A stretch of DNA of 64,000 nt from Macrostomum hystrix (taxonomy: Eukaryota; Animalia; Platyhelminthes): positions 4,092,001-4,156,000 of the forward strand of contig CATNEN010000033.1 in assembly GCA_950097015.1 (NCBI GenBank), written 5' to 3'. The position numbers and the translations under genes were made by a program. Below are positions 37,561 to 50,352 of this stretch, in pieces (within the stretch, counting starts at the first letter, position 1; each line of letters opens with the position of its first letter). The notes below the pieces were generated by a model. That model searched no databases. It was not told where the DNA came from and worked only from the letters and a program-made list of their open reading frames with translations.

Positions 37561-38385
37561 GATTGATTGATATATTGATTAAGAGATTCATTATATTTTC
37601 ATCGATGTAGTCTTTTAGATGATTTTTTTCACACCTGGGAATCGATATCGAAAGTTTTCCAACAAATCTGGACTGCAGATCCCAACTGAGGGGAGATGAG
37701 TGGACTAAAATCCTCCAAGAAATTCCTGAATTAACCACCCAATCGCTATGATCCCAAAAAACAGCTATTGTCAAGCTATTTATCCCCAATCAATTTATCC
37801 AAAAAGCCCAATTTCATCCAAGCGAAACTTTCTGTGAAACATGCGGCAAAATTTTCCCACTAGGAGAAAACGTTAAAGAATTTTTTTAAAAGCGTTCTGG
37901 AGGCCATTTTGCTCCCGCCGCTTGTGGGATCTGGCGGATGGGATGATGCCGGCAGGGCCACCTGCCTCACACCTGACTGGCCCTGACATCCTTTGCTAAT
38001 GGAATCCGCCACATTTCAACCTTGTCGTCATTCCGCTCTGTGTTTTCACCATCCAGATTGGTAGAATTGGGGCTAGGTGGGATTTTCTTATGCCGCAGAA
38101 ACAAAGCGGATATTTTAAGATTGTCGTTTTGAGAAAAAAAACTGAATAATGCGACACCGAGGGAGAATGGCTCACTGAAATTTCACACCAACTAAAGCCA
38201 AACATGAGCTTGCCTTCAAGCTGCCTTGACCCATCGCTAGTATTGATCTGGTGAGGACAGCGGCTCGCGCTTGGGCTTGGGGCCCTTATAGGCCGGAATC
38301 ATCTTGCACTGCTAGTCAGCAGTGCGGGCTAAAAGCCTTGAAAACTGATTTTGCTAATCTATACTATCTGCTCAAATAGCAAAAA

Positions 38386-38890
38386 AGAGAAGAGATGAAA
38401 GAGAAGAGGCAAAAGAGAAGAGGGGAGAGAGAAGAGAGGAGAGAGAAGAGGGGAGAGAGAAGAGGGGAGAGAGAAGAGGGGAGAGAGAAGAAGGGAGAGA
38501 GAAGAGGGAAGAGAGAAGAGGGGAGAGAGAAGAGGGGAGAGAGAAGAGGGGAGAGAGAAGAAGGGAGAGAGAAGAGGGAAGAGAGAAGAGGGGAGAGAGA
38601 AGAGGGGAGAGAAAAGGGAAGGAGAAGAGGGGAGAGAGAAGAGGGGAGAGAGAAGAGGGGAGAGAGAAGAAGGGAGAGAGAAGAGAGGAGAGAGAAGAGG
38701 GGAGAGAGAAGAGGGGAGAGAGAAGAGGGGAGAGAGAAGAAGGGAGAGAGAAGAGGGGAGAGAGAAGAGGGGAGAGAGAAGAAGGGAGAGAGAAGAGGGG
38801 AGAGAGAAGAGGGGAGAGAGAAGAGGGAAGAGAGAAGAGGGAAGAGAGAAGAGGGGAGAGAGAAGAGGGGAGAGAGAGAAGAGGAGAGAA
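38386..38890. repeat. 14-bp pure-purine minisatellite (GAGAGAAGAGGGGA)n
   Basis: Direct reading. Confidence 0.96.
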
Positions 38891-40689
38891 AGTAAAGGGA
38901 GAAGCGGAGGAATTTAGGAAATGAAAGATTTTAATTTTTAGTACATTAGATAGATGGAATGAAGTAAAATTATTTTTAAAAAATCCAACTCGCTGTCTCT
39001 CCAGGAAAATTTCAAGCATGAAAGTCCGTTGATAGCTTTAAATAAAAATAATAATAATTGCGGGAGGGCTGTGCGCAATGGCACATCATTTGGTGACAAT
39101 AGAGCCAGCAATTGTGCTTACTCCTCAGCACACACGCACTCAGATACTGTACTCAGGCACACGCTCACACAGGTGTGTACATATGCCCTGACTTTCTTAT
39201 CGTCAGGCAGTGTACATTGCACTGTGCTTCGAGGTTGGCCCTCGAGGGCGGAAATTGCACGACAAGCCCCCAAGCCTGCGCCCCAAATAAATGTGGTCTT
39301 TAATCCCACAAGTGAAAATCTGCGTGCACAGCCTCCTACCAGCTGCCCCACTATTCTTGATTGTAAATCCCGAACACCTCTTGGAGGCGAGGGCTGTCAT
39401 CCGCTGATCCTCGTAGATCCTCGTAGCCAGACCAGCTCTTTCGACCATGTTTTGTTCCCCTCCCAGTGTTTTCTGGCCTCGGAATGTTCTGCTCCTATTG
39501 GGGAACAACTGAAGTAGTAAAGTTCAGCCGCGAGATTGATCCCGGGATTATGACGACATCGAATAGCGGTGCGAACTGTCGCCTCTGCCGCTGCTGCTTT
39601 TTTGGCGAGCCCGCAGACTGGGAGCCGGGCTCTGATCGTTCCGTAAACAATTCTAGGAGAATACTCTGCTATGGGGGGGGGCAGAAACACAGGCCTCGCC
39701 CGCTGCCATTCGCAAAAGTGCCTCTCACGGCAAAATGCACGCTTAAAGCCTCGGCGCTATTTCGCTATTGCCCGACGCAGTTCTAAATTCAGCTCCGCTG
39801 TTGGGCAGGTGGTACCGAGAGAGAGGCTGGCACTGCCAGGTCTTCGTTGGCAGGAAATTTACCCGTTCGGGTAATAACACAGCTGTCCCTTATTGCATTT
39901 ACTATTATAAAACATTACCACATTAGAGCTTGAAAACTGGATAGTGGTGCATTGTTGATGCACTTCTATTGCATTTTTCTTGCAGGCATCGATAATAAGG
40001 CAATCTTTATCCCTTCCGTCACTAAGTCCCGGATTTCTTCCCAATCTCCCAAAAAACTGGGAAGTCGCTCATTTCCTTCTCCACCAATTTCTCACAGCTC
40101 GTGTTGCTCCAACAATGGGACAAAACGCGGATTAGAACTGGGGTTGAGGGGCGGCCGGAGCAGGAGGGGGAAGTGAGCGGGGACGTAGGGCGGAAGGCGG
40201 CGGCCGCAGAGCTCACCCGCTGCTTCCAAGCAACCGTGATGCCGCATTTTTGCTTTCCTTACAAAGACTTTAGCCATTGCAATGCGGCAGCACTAGCGGG
40301 CCATTGTACCAGACTCAGCTTAACTCGCCCCAGATTCTGGAGACGGACCCTGCGGCGCCCGCTCTGCCTTCTCGCTCAGCCGTCAAGTGGTCCTTCAGCG
40401 CTGGGCTGCGCTGCGCATTGGCCCACGGCCCGGCTTCTGTTGTCCTTGTTTCCTATCCGCCGATATACTGCTTATCTCCTCTGTCTTCCGCTAGCAGACT
40501 TTAACACCTTTTCTTGCATTACTCATCATTGCCTCGGTAGATGGGGCACTTAGGCCGCCATTTTTATCCACTTCTGCATCACCAACTTCCGTAAATGAAA
40601 GCTTTCCTGCTTTTGTTCTGTCTCTTCTTTCTTGGTTCTTGTTCCGTTGTACTTCTCCCAAGCCATTCTGTCTGCATATCTTATTTCGA

Positions 40690-41500
40690 TTCGCTTGCTT
40701 GTCTGCTGTCTGCTTCGATTCCGGCTACTTCTCTCCATCGATTCCGTCTACTTCTCTCCTTCGATTCTGTCTACTTCTCTTCTTCGATTCTGTCTACTTC
40801 TCTCCTTCGATTCCGTCTACTTCTCTCCTTCGATTCTGTCTACTTCTCTTCTTCCATTCTGTCTACTTCTCTCCTTCGATTCCGTCTACTTCTCTCCTTC
40901 GATTCTGTCTACTTCTCTCCTTCCATTCTGTCTACTTCTCTCCTTCGATTCCGTCAACTTCATTCCTTCGATTCCGTCTACTTCTCTCCTTCGATTCCGT
41001 CTACCTCTTCCTTCGATTCTGTCAACTTCTCTCATTCGATTCCGTCTACCTGTTCCTTCGATTCCGTCTACTTCTCTCCTTCGATTCTGTCTACTTCTCT
41101 CCTTCGATTCCGTCAACTTCATTCCTTCGATTCCGTCTACTTCTCTCCTTCGATTCTGTCTACCTCTTCCTTTGATTCCGTCAACTTCTCTCATTCGATT
41201 CCGTCTACCTCTTCCTTCGATTCTGTCTACTTCGCTCCTTCGATTCCGTCAACTTCATTCCTTCAATTCCGTCTACTTCTCTCCTTCGATTCCATCTACT
41301 TCTCTCCTTCGATTCCATCTACTTCTCTCCTTCGATTCCGTCTACTTCTCTCCTCCGATTCTGTCTACTTCTCTTATTCGATTCCGTCTACTTCTCTCCT
41401 TCGATTCCTTCTACTTCTCTCCTTCGATTCCGTCAACTTCTCTCCTTCGATTCAGTCTACTTCTCTCCTTCGATTCAGTCTACTTCTATTCTCAGATTTA
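40690..41500. repeat. 23-bp minisatellite (CTTCTCTCCTTCGATTCCGTCTA)n, left arm of an inverted pair
   Basis: Direct reading; reverse complement of the 42.1-kb unit. Confidence 0.96.
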
Positions 41501-42112
41501 GTCTGCTTGTCTTCTTCAACTCCATCTACTGTTCTCATTTAATTCAGTCTGCTTTGTTTACTTCACAAGCAAAATAATTGAATGAGTCCTTACAGACTCA
41601 GTCAGCGTTTTCGATCTCCGGAACTTTATTAACTGCTTGAAAGTCAATTTTTTATCCCAAACCAAAAGCTCAGAAACGGACACCGAAATTAATTTTGCCC
41701 GGGCCAAGCAGCATTCAGCCTATGGCAGTCGAGACTAGTTTTTTGTTCATTTCGTCGCCAAGGGAAAAAGAGCCAGCGTCAGGAGGTGCTGCCACCCCAC
41801 AGCATCTTCTCGCACTCTCCAGTTCTGTTGGCTTCGCAGCTAGGATTCCAGCGGACCGCCTGCCAGCACCCCGGCAGCCCGGCAGCCCACAGCTCAGCGA
41901 GCAGCTTCGGATTAAACTGAAATTTGAGAAATTGGCTGCTTCAGTTCTCATTCTGCGCCTGAGCAGTGCTCTTCCGACTGTTCCCCCTAGCACAATGTTC
42001 CCCCACGGGCGCCTGCTTGAAGTTGGCATCTTCGGTGAGTTGGTGAGTGACGAAAATTCACAGAGCACGGAACTGAGAGCGCTTGGTGCAGTGAGAAAAT
42101 GTGCCGAGCTGC

Positions 42113-43500
42113 TAGAGAGAAGTAGACGGAATCGAAGGAGAATTAGACGGAATCGAAGGAGAGAATTAGACGGAATCGAAGGAGAGAAGTAGATCGAATC
42201 GAAGGAGAGAAGTAGACGAAATCGAAGGAGAGAAGTAGACAGAATCGAAGGAGAGAAGTAGATGGAATCGAAGGAGAGAAGTAGACGGAATCGAAGGAGA
42301 GAAGTAGACAGAATGGAAGAAGAGAAGTAGACGGAATCGAAGGAGAGAAGTAGACAGAATCGAAGGAGAGAAGTAGATGGAATCGAAGGAGAGAAGTAGA
42401 CGGAATCGAAGGAGAGAAGTAGACAGAATGGAAGAAGAGAAGTAGAGAATCGAAGGAGAGAAGTAGACGGAATCGAAGGAGAGAAGTAGACAGAATCGAA
42501 GGAGAGAAGTAGACAGAATGGAAGAAGAGAAGTAGACGGAATCGAAGGAGAGAAGTAGACAGAATCGAAGGAGAGAAGTAGATGGAATCGAAGGAGAGAA
42601 GTAGACGGAATCGAAGGAGAGAAGTAGACAGAATCGAAGGAGAGAAGTAGATGGAATCGAAGGAGAGAAGTAGACGGAATCGAAGGAGAGAAGTAGACGG
42701 AATCGAAGGAGAGAAGTAGATGGAATCGAAGGAGAGAAGTAGACGGAATCGAAGGAGAGAAGTAGATGGAATCGAAGGAGAGAAGTAGATGGAATCGAAG
42801 GAGAGAAGTAGACGGAATCGAAGGAGAGAAGTAGATGGAATTGAAGGAGAGAAGTAGACGGAATCGAAGGAGAGAAGTAGACGGAATCGAAGGAGAGAAG
42901 TAGATGGAATCGAAGGAGAGAAGTAGATGGAATCGAAGGAGAGAAGTAGACGGAATCGAAGGAGAGAAGTAGACGGAATCGAAGGAGAGAAGTAGACGGA
43001 ATCGAAGGAGAGAAGTAGACAGAATCGAAGGAGAGAAGTAGACGGAATCGAAGGAGAGAAGTAGATGGAATCGAAGGAGAGAAGTAGATGGAATCGAAGG
43101 AGAGAAGTAGACGGAATCGAAGGAGAGAAGTAGACAGAATCGAAGGAGAGAAGTAGACGGAATCGAAGGAGAGAAGTAGATGGAATCGAAGGAGAGAAGT
43201 AGACGGAATCGAAGGAGAGAAGTAGACAGAATCGAAGGAGAGAAGTAGACGGAATCGAAGGAGAGAAGTAGACGGAATCGAAGGAGAGAAGTAGACGGAA
43301 TCGAAGGAGAGAAGTAGACGGAATCGAAGGAGAGAAGTAGACGGAATCGAATGAATGAAGTAGACGGAATCGAAGGAGAGAAGTAGACGGAATCGAAGGA
43401 GAGAAGTAGACGGAATCGAAGGAGAGAAGTAGATGGAATCGAAGGAGACAAGTAGACGGAATCTATGGAGAGAATTTGACGGAATCGAAGGAGAGGAGTA
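42113..43500. repeat. 23-bp minisatellite (TAGACGGAATCGAAGGAGAGAAG)n, ~60 copies, right arm of the inverted pair
   Basis: Direct reading. Confidence 0.97.
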
Positions 43501-43975
43501 GGTTGTCGACTGAGAGAGACTGAGAGAGAGAGACAATGAGAATCAGAGACTCTGGCAGCTTCGGCGAGGGTCAGCGAGCCTGTTCCATTCGAAAAACAGC
43601 GAATGCATTGTTAATCAAACTGAAGTCAGAAGTCCCACTCGAATAGGAATCTCTCGGGAATCCTGATCCATATCAGCGGTGGGAGGTCAGTGTATTGGCA
43701 GTCAATCTGATCAACAGTGCGGTTAAATGAGGATAAAAGTGGGTGGTTTGGGGATCGAGAGGGTAACAGGGAAGTGGGGGAGAATAACTCCATTTTCCAC
43801 CTTCATCTTATTCTGCTTGTTCCCCTGTTGCCCCCAGCTTTGGTGCTGCCATGTGGTTCGCACAGGTGGGCCATTATGGCCAGTCTTGCTTTTTCCTTTT
43901 GTAAGCTTTGCGAAATCAATCACTGCCCGGTTGGAATCCGCGTCACTTTCTGATTCCCATCTGTGAAGTTCATCA

Positions 43976-44464
43976 TGAGTGAGTGAGTGAGTGAGTGAGT
44001 GAGTGAGTGAGTGAGTGAGTGAGTGAGTGAGTGAGTAAGTGAGTGAGTGAGTGAGTGAGTGAGTGAGTGAGTGAGTGAGTGAGTGAGTGAGTGAGTGAGT
44101 GAGTGAGTGAGTGAGTGAGTGAGTGAGTGAGTGAGTGAGTGAGTGAGTGAGTGAGTGAGTGAGTGAGTGAGTGAGTGGGTGAGTGAGTGAGTGAGTGAGT
44201 GAGTGAGTGAGTGAGTGAGTGAGTGAGTGAGTGAGTGAGTGAGTGAGTGAGTGAGTGAGTGAGTGAGTGAGTGAGTGAGTGAGTGAGTGAGTGAGTGAGT
44301 GAGTGAGTGAGTGAGTGAGTGGGTGAGTGAGTGAGTGAGTGAGTGAGTGAGTGAGTGAGTGAGTGAGTGAGTGAGTGAGTGAGTGAGTGAGTGAGTGAGT
44401 GAGTGAGTGAGTGAGTGAGTGAGTGAGTGAGTGAGTGAGTGAGTGAGTGAGTGAGTGAGTGAGT
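43976..44464. repeat. (GAGT)n microsatellite, ~122 units, three interruptions
   Basis: Direct reading. Confidence 0.98.
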
Positions 44465-45785
44465 GACAGCTCAGTGGGACCAGAACAATTGGTGGGGGAG
44501 ATTTCTCACTGACTGGCAGGCCAGAGAACAAAGAGAAGATTCATCTCATGAAATGGCTAAAGCTGATCGACGCTGAGCAGTTCTGAGTGGGGCAGATAAA
44601 AAGTCAAGTCCCAGCATAGCGGGCAGCTCCGCCCGCCCCCAGGCCAGGCATTCATGCGTGCAACACTCAGAAATGCAAGCCAGCGATAGGGAGCTAGAGC
44701 AGCCCCATTTTCCTGCATTAACACACCCTCCCCACCAGGCTGGAACAATGGAGGCTGCCAGCTGGCTGTTGCATGGTCCGGATTTCTCTGTCTGAACCTC
44801 GAAAAAGGCAAACGTGGCAGAGCGGAGAGCAGTAACTTTTTTGCCATTCTTTTGCTACAACTATTGCTGAAACTCTAAACTCAACTCTCTCTCCCCGGCC
44901 CCTCATGGCCAAAGAGTCTGGGCCAGTTCCGGAATTCGCTTCAGCCACTGTTCCAGGGTATCTGAAAAATGTGTCGAGCGTATCAGGTGACACCAGTGTG
45001 ACCGTGTTGGCTTCTTATATAGCATTTCCGACTCACCAAACCTTAGTTGGTTAGCTAAAAATATTAATTATATAAATGAGAGAAAGCGAACATTGCGGTG
45101 AAATAGGGTGACGTACAGCTTCCTACTGTTGACAATATTATGCATTGGCTGTTTCCACAATCAAAGGATCAAGGGACAGCCTATGGGTCCTTTGTTGTCG
45201 TGGAATTTCGGCCCGTGTTCTCTGACGATTGCGCAATCAAAGCTGTCACCTATGCCTACGCCAGACCAGCTTCCCCTGCATCCCTTTGTAGTCCGCAAAC
45301 CTTGCTTTGACTGTCAGAGCCGTGGGAATTCTGGGCAACCCGCTCTTATCAGCAATTCCTGCTTTTTACCTGTCCGAAACTTGTCGCAATTTTTCTGTCA
45401 CCCCCATGAAAATATCTCCCGAAATCCCTTAAAATGATCCGCCTGTTCACTCCAGAAGATAATCCCAGGTATTGCGGGATAGTTAAACTGAAGTCAGTAA
45501 TTGGATTCTGAAGTTTTCGGCTAAAAAAATTCCGCAAACCGACGGCGGGAGGGGGGTGGGTGGCGTTCTGTTGCGCAATTCGCACGGGGACAAACCGTGA
45601 CTGTCCGGGCGCTGAAAGGGATTATTGCAAGGGAGAAATTCAAAATCCTATGGGAGCCCGTTGAGTGAGACATTAAGCTGAAGGGGATTAACGCACGAAA
45701 CTGGGACGGCAGTCATCCGCTAAGCCGATGATGGCATCCAACGGTGGAAGCCATGCAGCTGCAGCGACGGTCATCGCGAGTTCGA

Positions 45786-46272
45786 GTCTCCCTCTCTCAC
45801 TGTCTCCCACTCTCACTGTCTCCCTCTCTCACTGTCTCCCTCTCTCACTGTCTCCCTCTCTCACTGTCTCCCTCTCTTGCTGTCTCCCTCTCTTGCTGCC
45901 TCCCTCTCTTGCTGCCTCCCTCTCTTGCTGTCTCCCTCTCTTGCTGCCTCCCTCTCTTGCTGTCTCCCTCTCTTGCTATCTCCCTCTCTTGCTGTCTCCC
46001 TCTCTTGCTGTCTCCCTCTCTTGCTGTCTCCCTCTCTTGCTGTCTCCCTCTCTCACTGTCTCCCTCTCTTGCTGTCTCCCTCTCTTGCTGTCTCCCTCTC
46101 TTGCTGTCTCCCTCTCTTGCTGTCTCCCTCTCTCACTGTCTCCCTCTCTTGCTGTCTCCCTCTCTTGCTGTCTCCCTCTCTTGCTGTCTCCCTCTCTTGC
46201 TATCTCCCTCTCTTGCTGTCTCCCTCTCTTGCTGTCTCCCTCTCTCCCTGTCTCCCTCTCTTGCTGTCTCCC
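45786..46272. repeat. 16-bp minisatellite (TCTCTTGCTGTCTCCC)n with (TCTCTCACTGTCTCCC) units
   Basis: Direct reading. Confidence 0.96.
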
Positions 46273-46976
46273 TCCAATCGGACCTCTGATTGACCCCACC
46301 TAGTTTGTATGAACAGAGAAGCACATGTAGGTAAGTCGATGGGAAATTGGCCGCCCCATTTTATTACGTAACACTGGAAAGGCTCAATAAGGATATTTAT
46401 CAATCCATGCTACTCATGCACCAGTATTCAATTTTAAGAAATATCGTTTTCATTGCAAAATTCAAGAAACAATGAGCAGTTTGAGTCTCACTGAGATATT
46501 TTGCATAGTTAAAAAGTTTGAGCACTGTATCGATTTTAAAGGAAGACCGCATTTTGCATGTACCGCGATGGAGGCTGCACCAGCAGCAGTGGGCATTAGT
46601 GCATGAAATCGTCAATGGCTTGTAGCTCTTCCGAGCTCAACTGCAGTTGATGCGGAAGCAATCGCGAATCGTTTACTCACTCCCGGCGGCAGGCCGCGCC
46701 TTCAAGGCAGGAAACCCAGCACAAGAGAATTCGGCTGAGCTGAGCTGCCCTGATTAGGCTCTTGGCCTTATCCGCTCTGGGGCTTAACTGGAGCCAAGAA
46801 AATTTATTTGTAAACAACTGGCCGCTCAGAAACACCTATTGGCTACTGGAAATTCAGCATGCTGTAACTCTGTCCTGGGCTCCACTGAACTCTAGCGCTC
46901 CAGAATTCACACAGCCAGTTTGCTGTCCGGGCAGACAGAATGAAACAATGGATACCGGCGAATCCTTATCTCCCCT

Positions 46977-48670
46977 TCTCCCTGTCTCCCTCTCTCACTG
47001 TCTCCCTCTCTCACTGTCTCCCTCTCTCACTGTCTCCCACTCTCACTGTCTCCCTCTCTCACTGTCTCCCTCTCTCACTGTCTCCCTCTCTCACTGTCTC
47101 CCTCTCTCACTGTCTCCCTCTCTCACTGTCTCCCTCTCTCACTGTCTCCCTCTCTCACTGTCTCCCTCTCTCACTGTCTCCCTCTCTCACTGTCTCCCTC
47201 TCTCACTGTCTCCCTCTCTCACTGTCTCCCTCTCTCACTGTCTCCCACTCTCACTGTCTCCCACTCTCACTGTCTCCCTCTCTCACTGTCTCCCACTCTC
47301 ACTGTCTCCCACTCTCACTGTCTCCCTCTCTCACTGACTCCCTCTCTCACTGTCTCCCTCTCTCACTGTCTCCCTCTCTCACTGTCTCCCTCTCTCACTG
47401 TCTCCCTCTCTCACTGTCTCCCTCTCTCACTGTCTCCCTCTCTCACTGTCTCCCTCTCTCACTGTCTCCCTCTCTCACTGTCTCCCTCTCTCACTGTCTC
47501 CCTCTCTCACTGTCTCCCTCTCTCACTGTCTCCCTCTCTCACTGTCTCCCTCTCTCACTGTCTCCCACTCTCACTGTCTCCCTCTCTCACTGTCTCCCTC
47601 TCTCACTGTCTCCCACTCTCACTGTCTCCCACTCTCACTGTCTCCCACTCTCACTGTCTCCCTCTCTCACTGACTCCCTCTCTCACTGTCTCCCTCTCTC
47701 ACTGTCTCCCTCTCTCACTGTCTCCCTCTCTCACTGTCTCCCTCTCTCACTGTCTCCCTCTCTCACTGTCTCCCTCTCTCACTGTCTCCCTCTCTCACTG
47801 TCTCCCACTCTCACTGTCTCCCTCTCTCACTGACTCCCTCTCTTGCTGTCTCCCTCTCTTGCTGCCTCCCTCTCTTCCTGTCTCCCTCTCTCATTGTCTC
47901 CCTCTCTCACTGTCTCCCTCTCTCACTGTCTCCCACTCTCACTGTCTCCCACTCTCACTGTCTCCCTCTCTCACTGTCTCCCTCTCTCACTGTCTCCCTC
48001 TCTCACTGTCTCCCACTCTCACTGTCTCCCACTCTTGCTGCCTCCCTCTCTTCCTGTCTCCCTCTCTCATTGTCTCCCTCTCTCACTGTCTCCCTCTCTC
48101 ACTGTCTCCCTCTCTCACTGTCTCCCACTCTCACTGTCTCCCACTCTCACTGTCTCCCTCTCTCACTGACTCCCTCTCTTGCTGTCTCCCTCTCTTGCTG
48201 CCTCCCTCTCTTCCTGTCTCCCTCTCTCATTGTCTCCCTCTCTCACTGTCTCCCTCTCTCACTGTCTCCCACTCTCACTGTCTCCCACTCTCACTGTCTC
48301 CCACTCTCACTGTCTCCCTCTCTCACTGTCTCCCTCTCTCACTGTCTCCCTCTCTCACTGTCTCCCACTCTCACTGTCTCCCACTCTCACTGTCTCCCTC
48401 TCTCACTGACTCCCTCTCTCACTGACTCCCTCTCTTGCTGTCTCCCTCTCTTGCTGCCTCCCTCTCTTCCTGTCTCCCTCTCTCATTGTCTCCCTCTCTC
48501 ACTGTCTCCCTCTCTCACTGTCTCCCACTCTCACTGTCTCCCACTCTTGCTGCCTCCCTCTCTTCCTGTCTCCCTCTCTCATTGTCTCCCTCTCTCACTG
48601 TCTCCCTCTCTCACTGTCTCCCTCTCTCACTGTCTCCCACTCTCACTGTCTCCCACTCTCACTGTCTCCC
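46977..48670. repeat. 16-bp minisatellite (TCTCTCACTGTCTCCC)n, ~105 copies, with TTGCTG variants
   Basis: Direct reading; same family as the 45.8-kb array. Confidence 0.97.
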
Positions 48671-49249
48671 TCTCCCGCTGATCTCTTTCTTCAGTCGCAG
48701 TCTCCCCCCCCCCGTTAATATCTTGCGAGTCCGTTCAGTCTCCACTAGAATTCACGATTACTGCCCTGAACTGTAGATTTGCAGCTATTTTAGGTCAGGC
48801 TACTAGAGGCGACGAAAACTCGACCTGACATGCACACCGCGGCCGCATCTTCTCTGGCACTGACGTCTAAATATTTAATGGGGTCAAGCCGGGGTCCACT
48901 GACCAGCCCCTTCATTCAATGCGTTTTTCTCTGAGAATCAGTAGCTGCCGAGATCAAGAAGAAAATAGTGTAGCCACAGATGCAGCAGCAGCTGCAGCAG
49001 CAGTCAAACTGAACTCAGGCTGAAGCGTCGAACTCAATCCTACTCAAACCTACTCCGGCTTTGAGTCCGCAAGTCCAATTGTCGGATATTTAAAGTGAAA
49101 CTGAAAGCTGGTCCAACCTGATATTTACGAGCAGCTACTCACCAACTCTGGGCCCGAACACTCATCCGCTTTCTCACCTTATTAGTGTTAACTGGCGTAG
49201 CGGAATAAACTCTCATTACTTTGAGACTCACAATCTCATAGTGGAAAAT

Positions 49250-50352
49250 TCCCAATGTCCGAATCTCCCATTCTCCCAGTCTCCAAAATCTCCCAGTCTC
49301 TTAATCTCCCAGTTTCCCATTATCCCAGTCTCAGAGTCTCCGAGTTTTCCAGTCTTCCAAACCCCGATCTACCGAATCTCCAAGTCTCTTAATATCCCAG
49401 TCTCCCAAATCCCCTAGTCTCCCAAATCTCCCAGTATCCCAAATCTCATAGTCTCCCAAATCTCCCAGTCTCCCAAATCCCCTAGTCTCCCAAATCTCCC
49501 AGTATCCCAAATCTCATAGTCTCCCAAATCTCCCAGTCTCCCAAACCTCCCAGTCTCTCAATCTCCCAGTCTCCCAAATCTCCCAGTCTCTCAATCTCCC
49601 AGTCTCAAAATCTCCCAGTCTCCCAAATCTCCCAGTCTCTCAATCTCCCAGTCTCCAAAATCTCCCAGTCTCCAAAATCTCCCAGTCTCCCAAATCTCCC
49701 AGTCTCCCAAATCTCCCAGTCTCTCAATCTCCCAGTCTCCCAAATCTCCCAGTCTCTCAATCTCCCAGTCTCTTAATCTCCCAGTCTCCCAAATTTACCA
49801 GTCTTTCAATCTCCCAGTCTCTTAATCTCCCCGTCTCTAAATCTCCCAGTCTCCCAAATCCACTAGTCTCCCAAATCTCCAGTCTCCCAAATCTTCCAGT
49901 CTCCCAAATCTCCCAGTCTCCCAAATTCCCTAGTCTCCCAAATCTCCCAGTCTCCCAAATCTCCCAATCACCCAAATCTCCCAGTCTCTCAATCTCCTAG
50001 TCTCTCAATCTCCCAGTCTCCCAAATCCCCTAGTCTCCCAAATCTCCCAGTCTCCCAAATCTCCCAGTTTCCCAAATCTCCCATTCTCCCAAATCTCCCA
50101 TTCTCCCAAATGTCGCAGTCTCTTGAATCTCCCAGTCTCCCAAATCTCCCAGTCTCCCAAATCCCTTAGTCTCCCAAATCTCCCATTCTCCCAAATGTCG
50201 CAGTCTCTTAAATCTCCCAGTCTCCCAAATCTCCCAGTCTCCCAAATCTCCCATTCTCCCAAATCCCCTAGTCTCCCAAATCTCCCAGTCTCCCAAATCC
50301 CTTAGTCTCCCAAATCTCCCATTCTCCCAAATCTCCCAGTCTTTCAATCTCC
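49250..50352. repeat. 17-bp minisatellite (TCTCCCAGTCTCCCAAA)n, heterogeneous
   Basis: Direct reading. Confidence 0.95.

Noticed and set aside
39029-40553. ORFs of 100-162 aa in the unique island upstream of the protocadherin
   Set aside because: Overlapping frames on both strands, atypical composition and no motif; more likely regulatory or UTR DNA.
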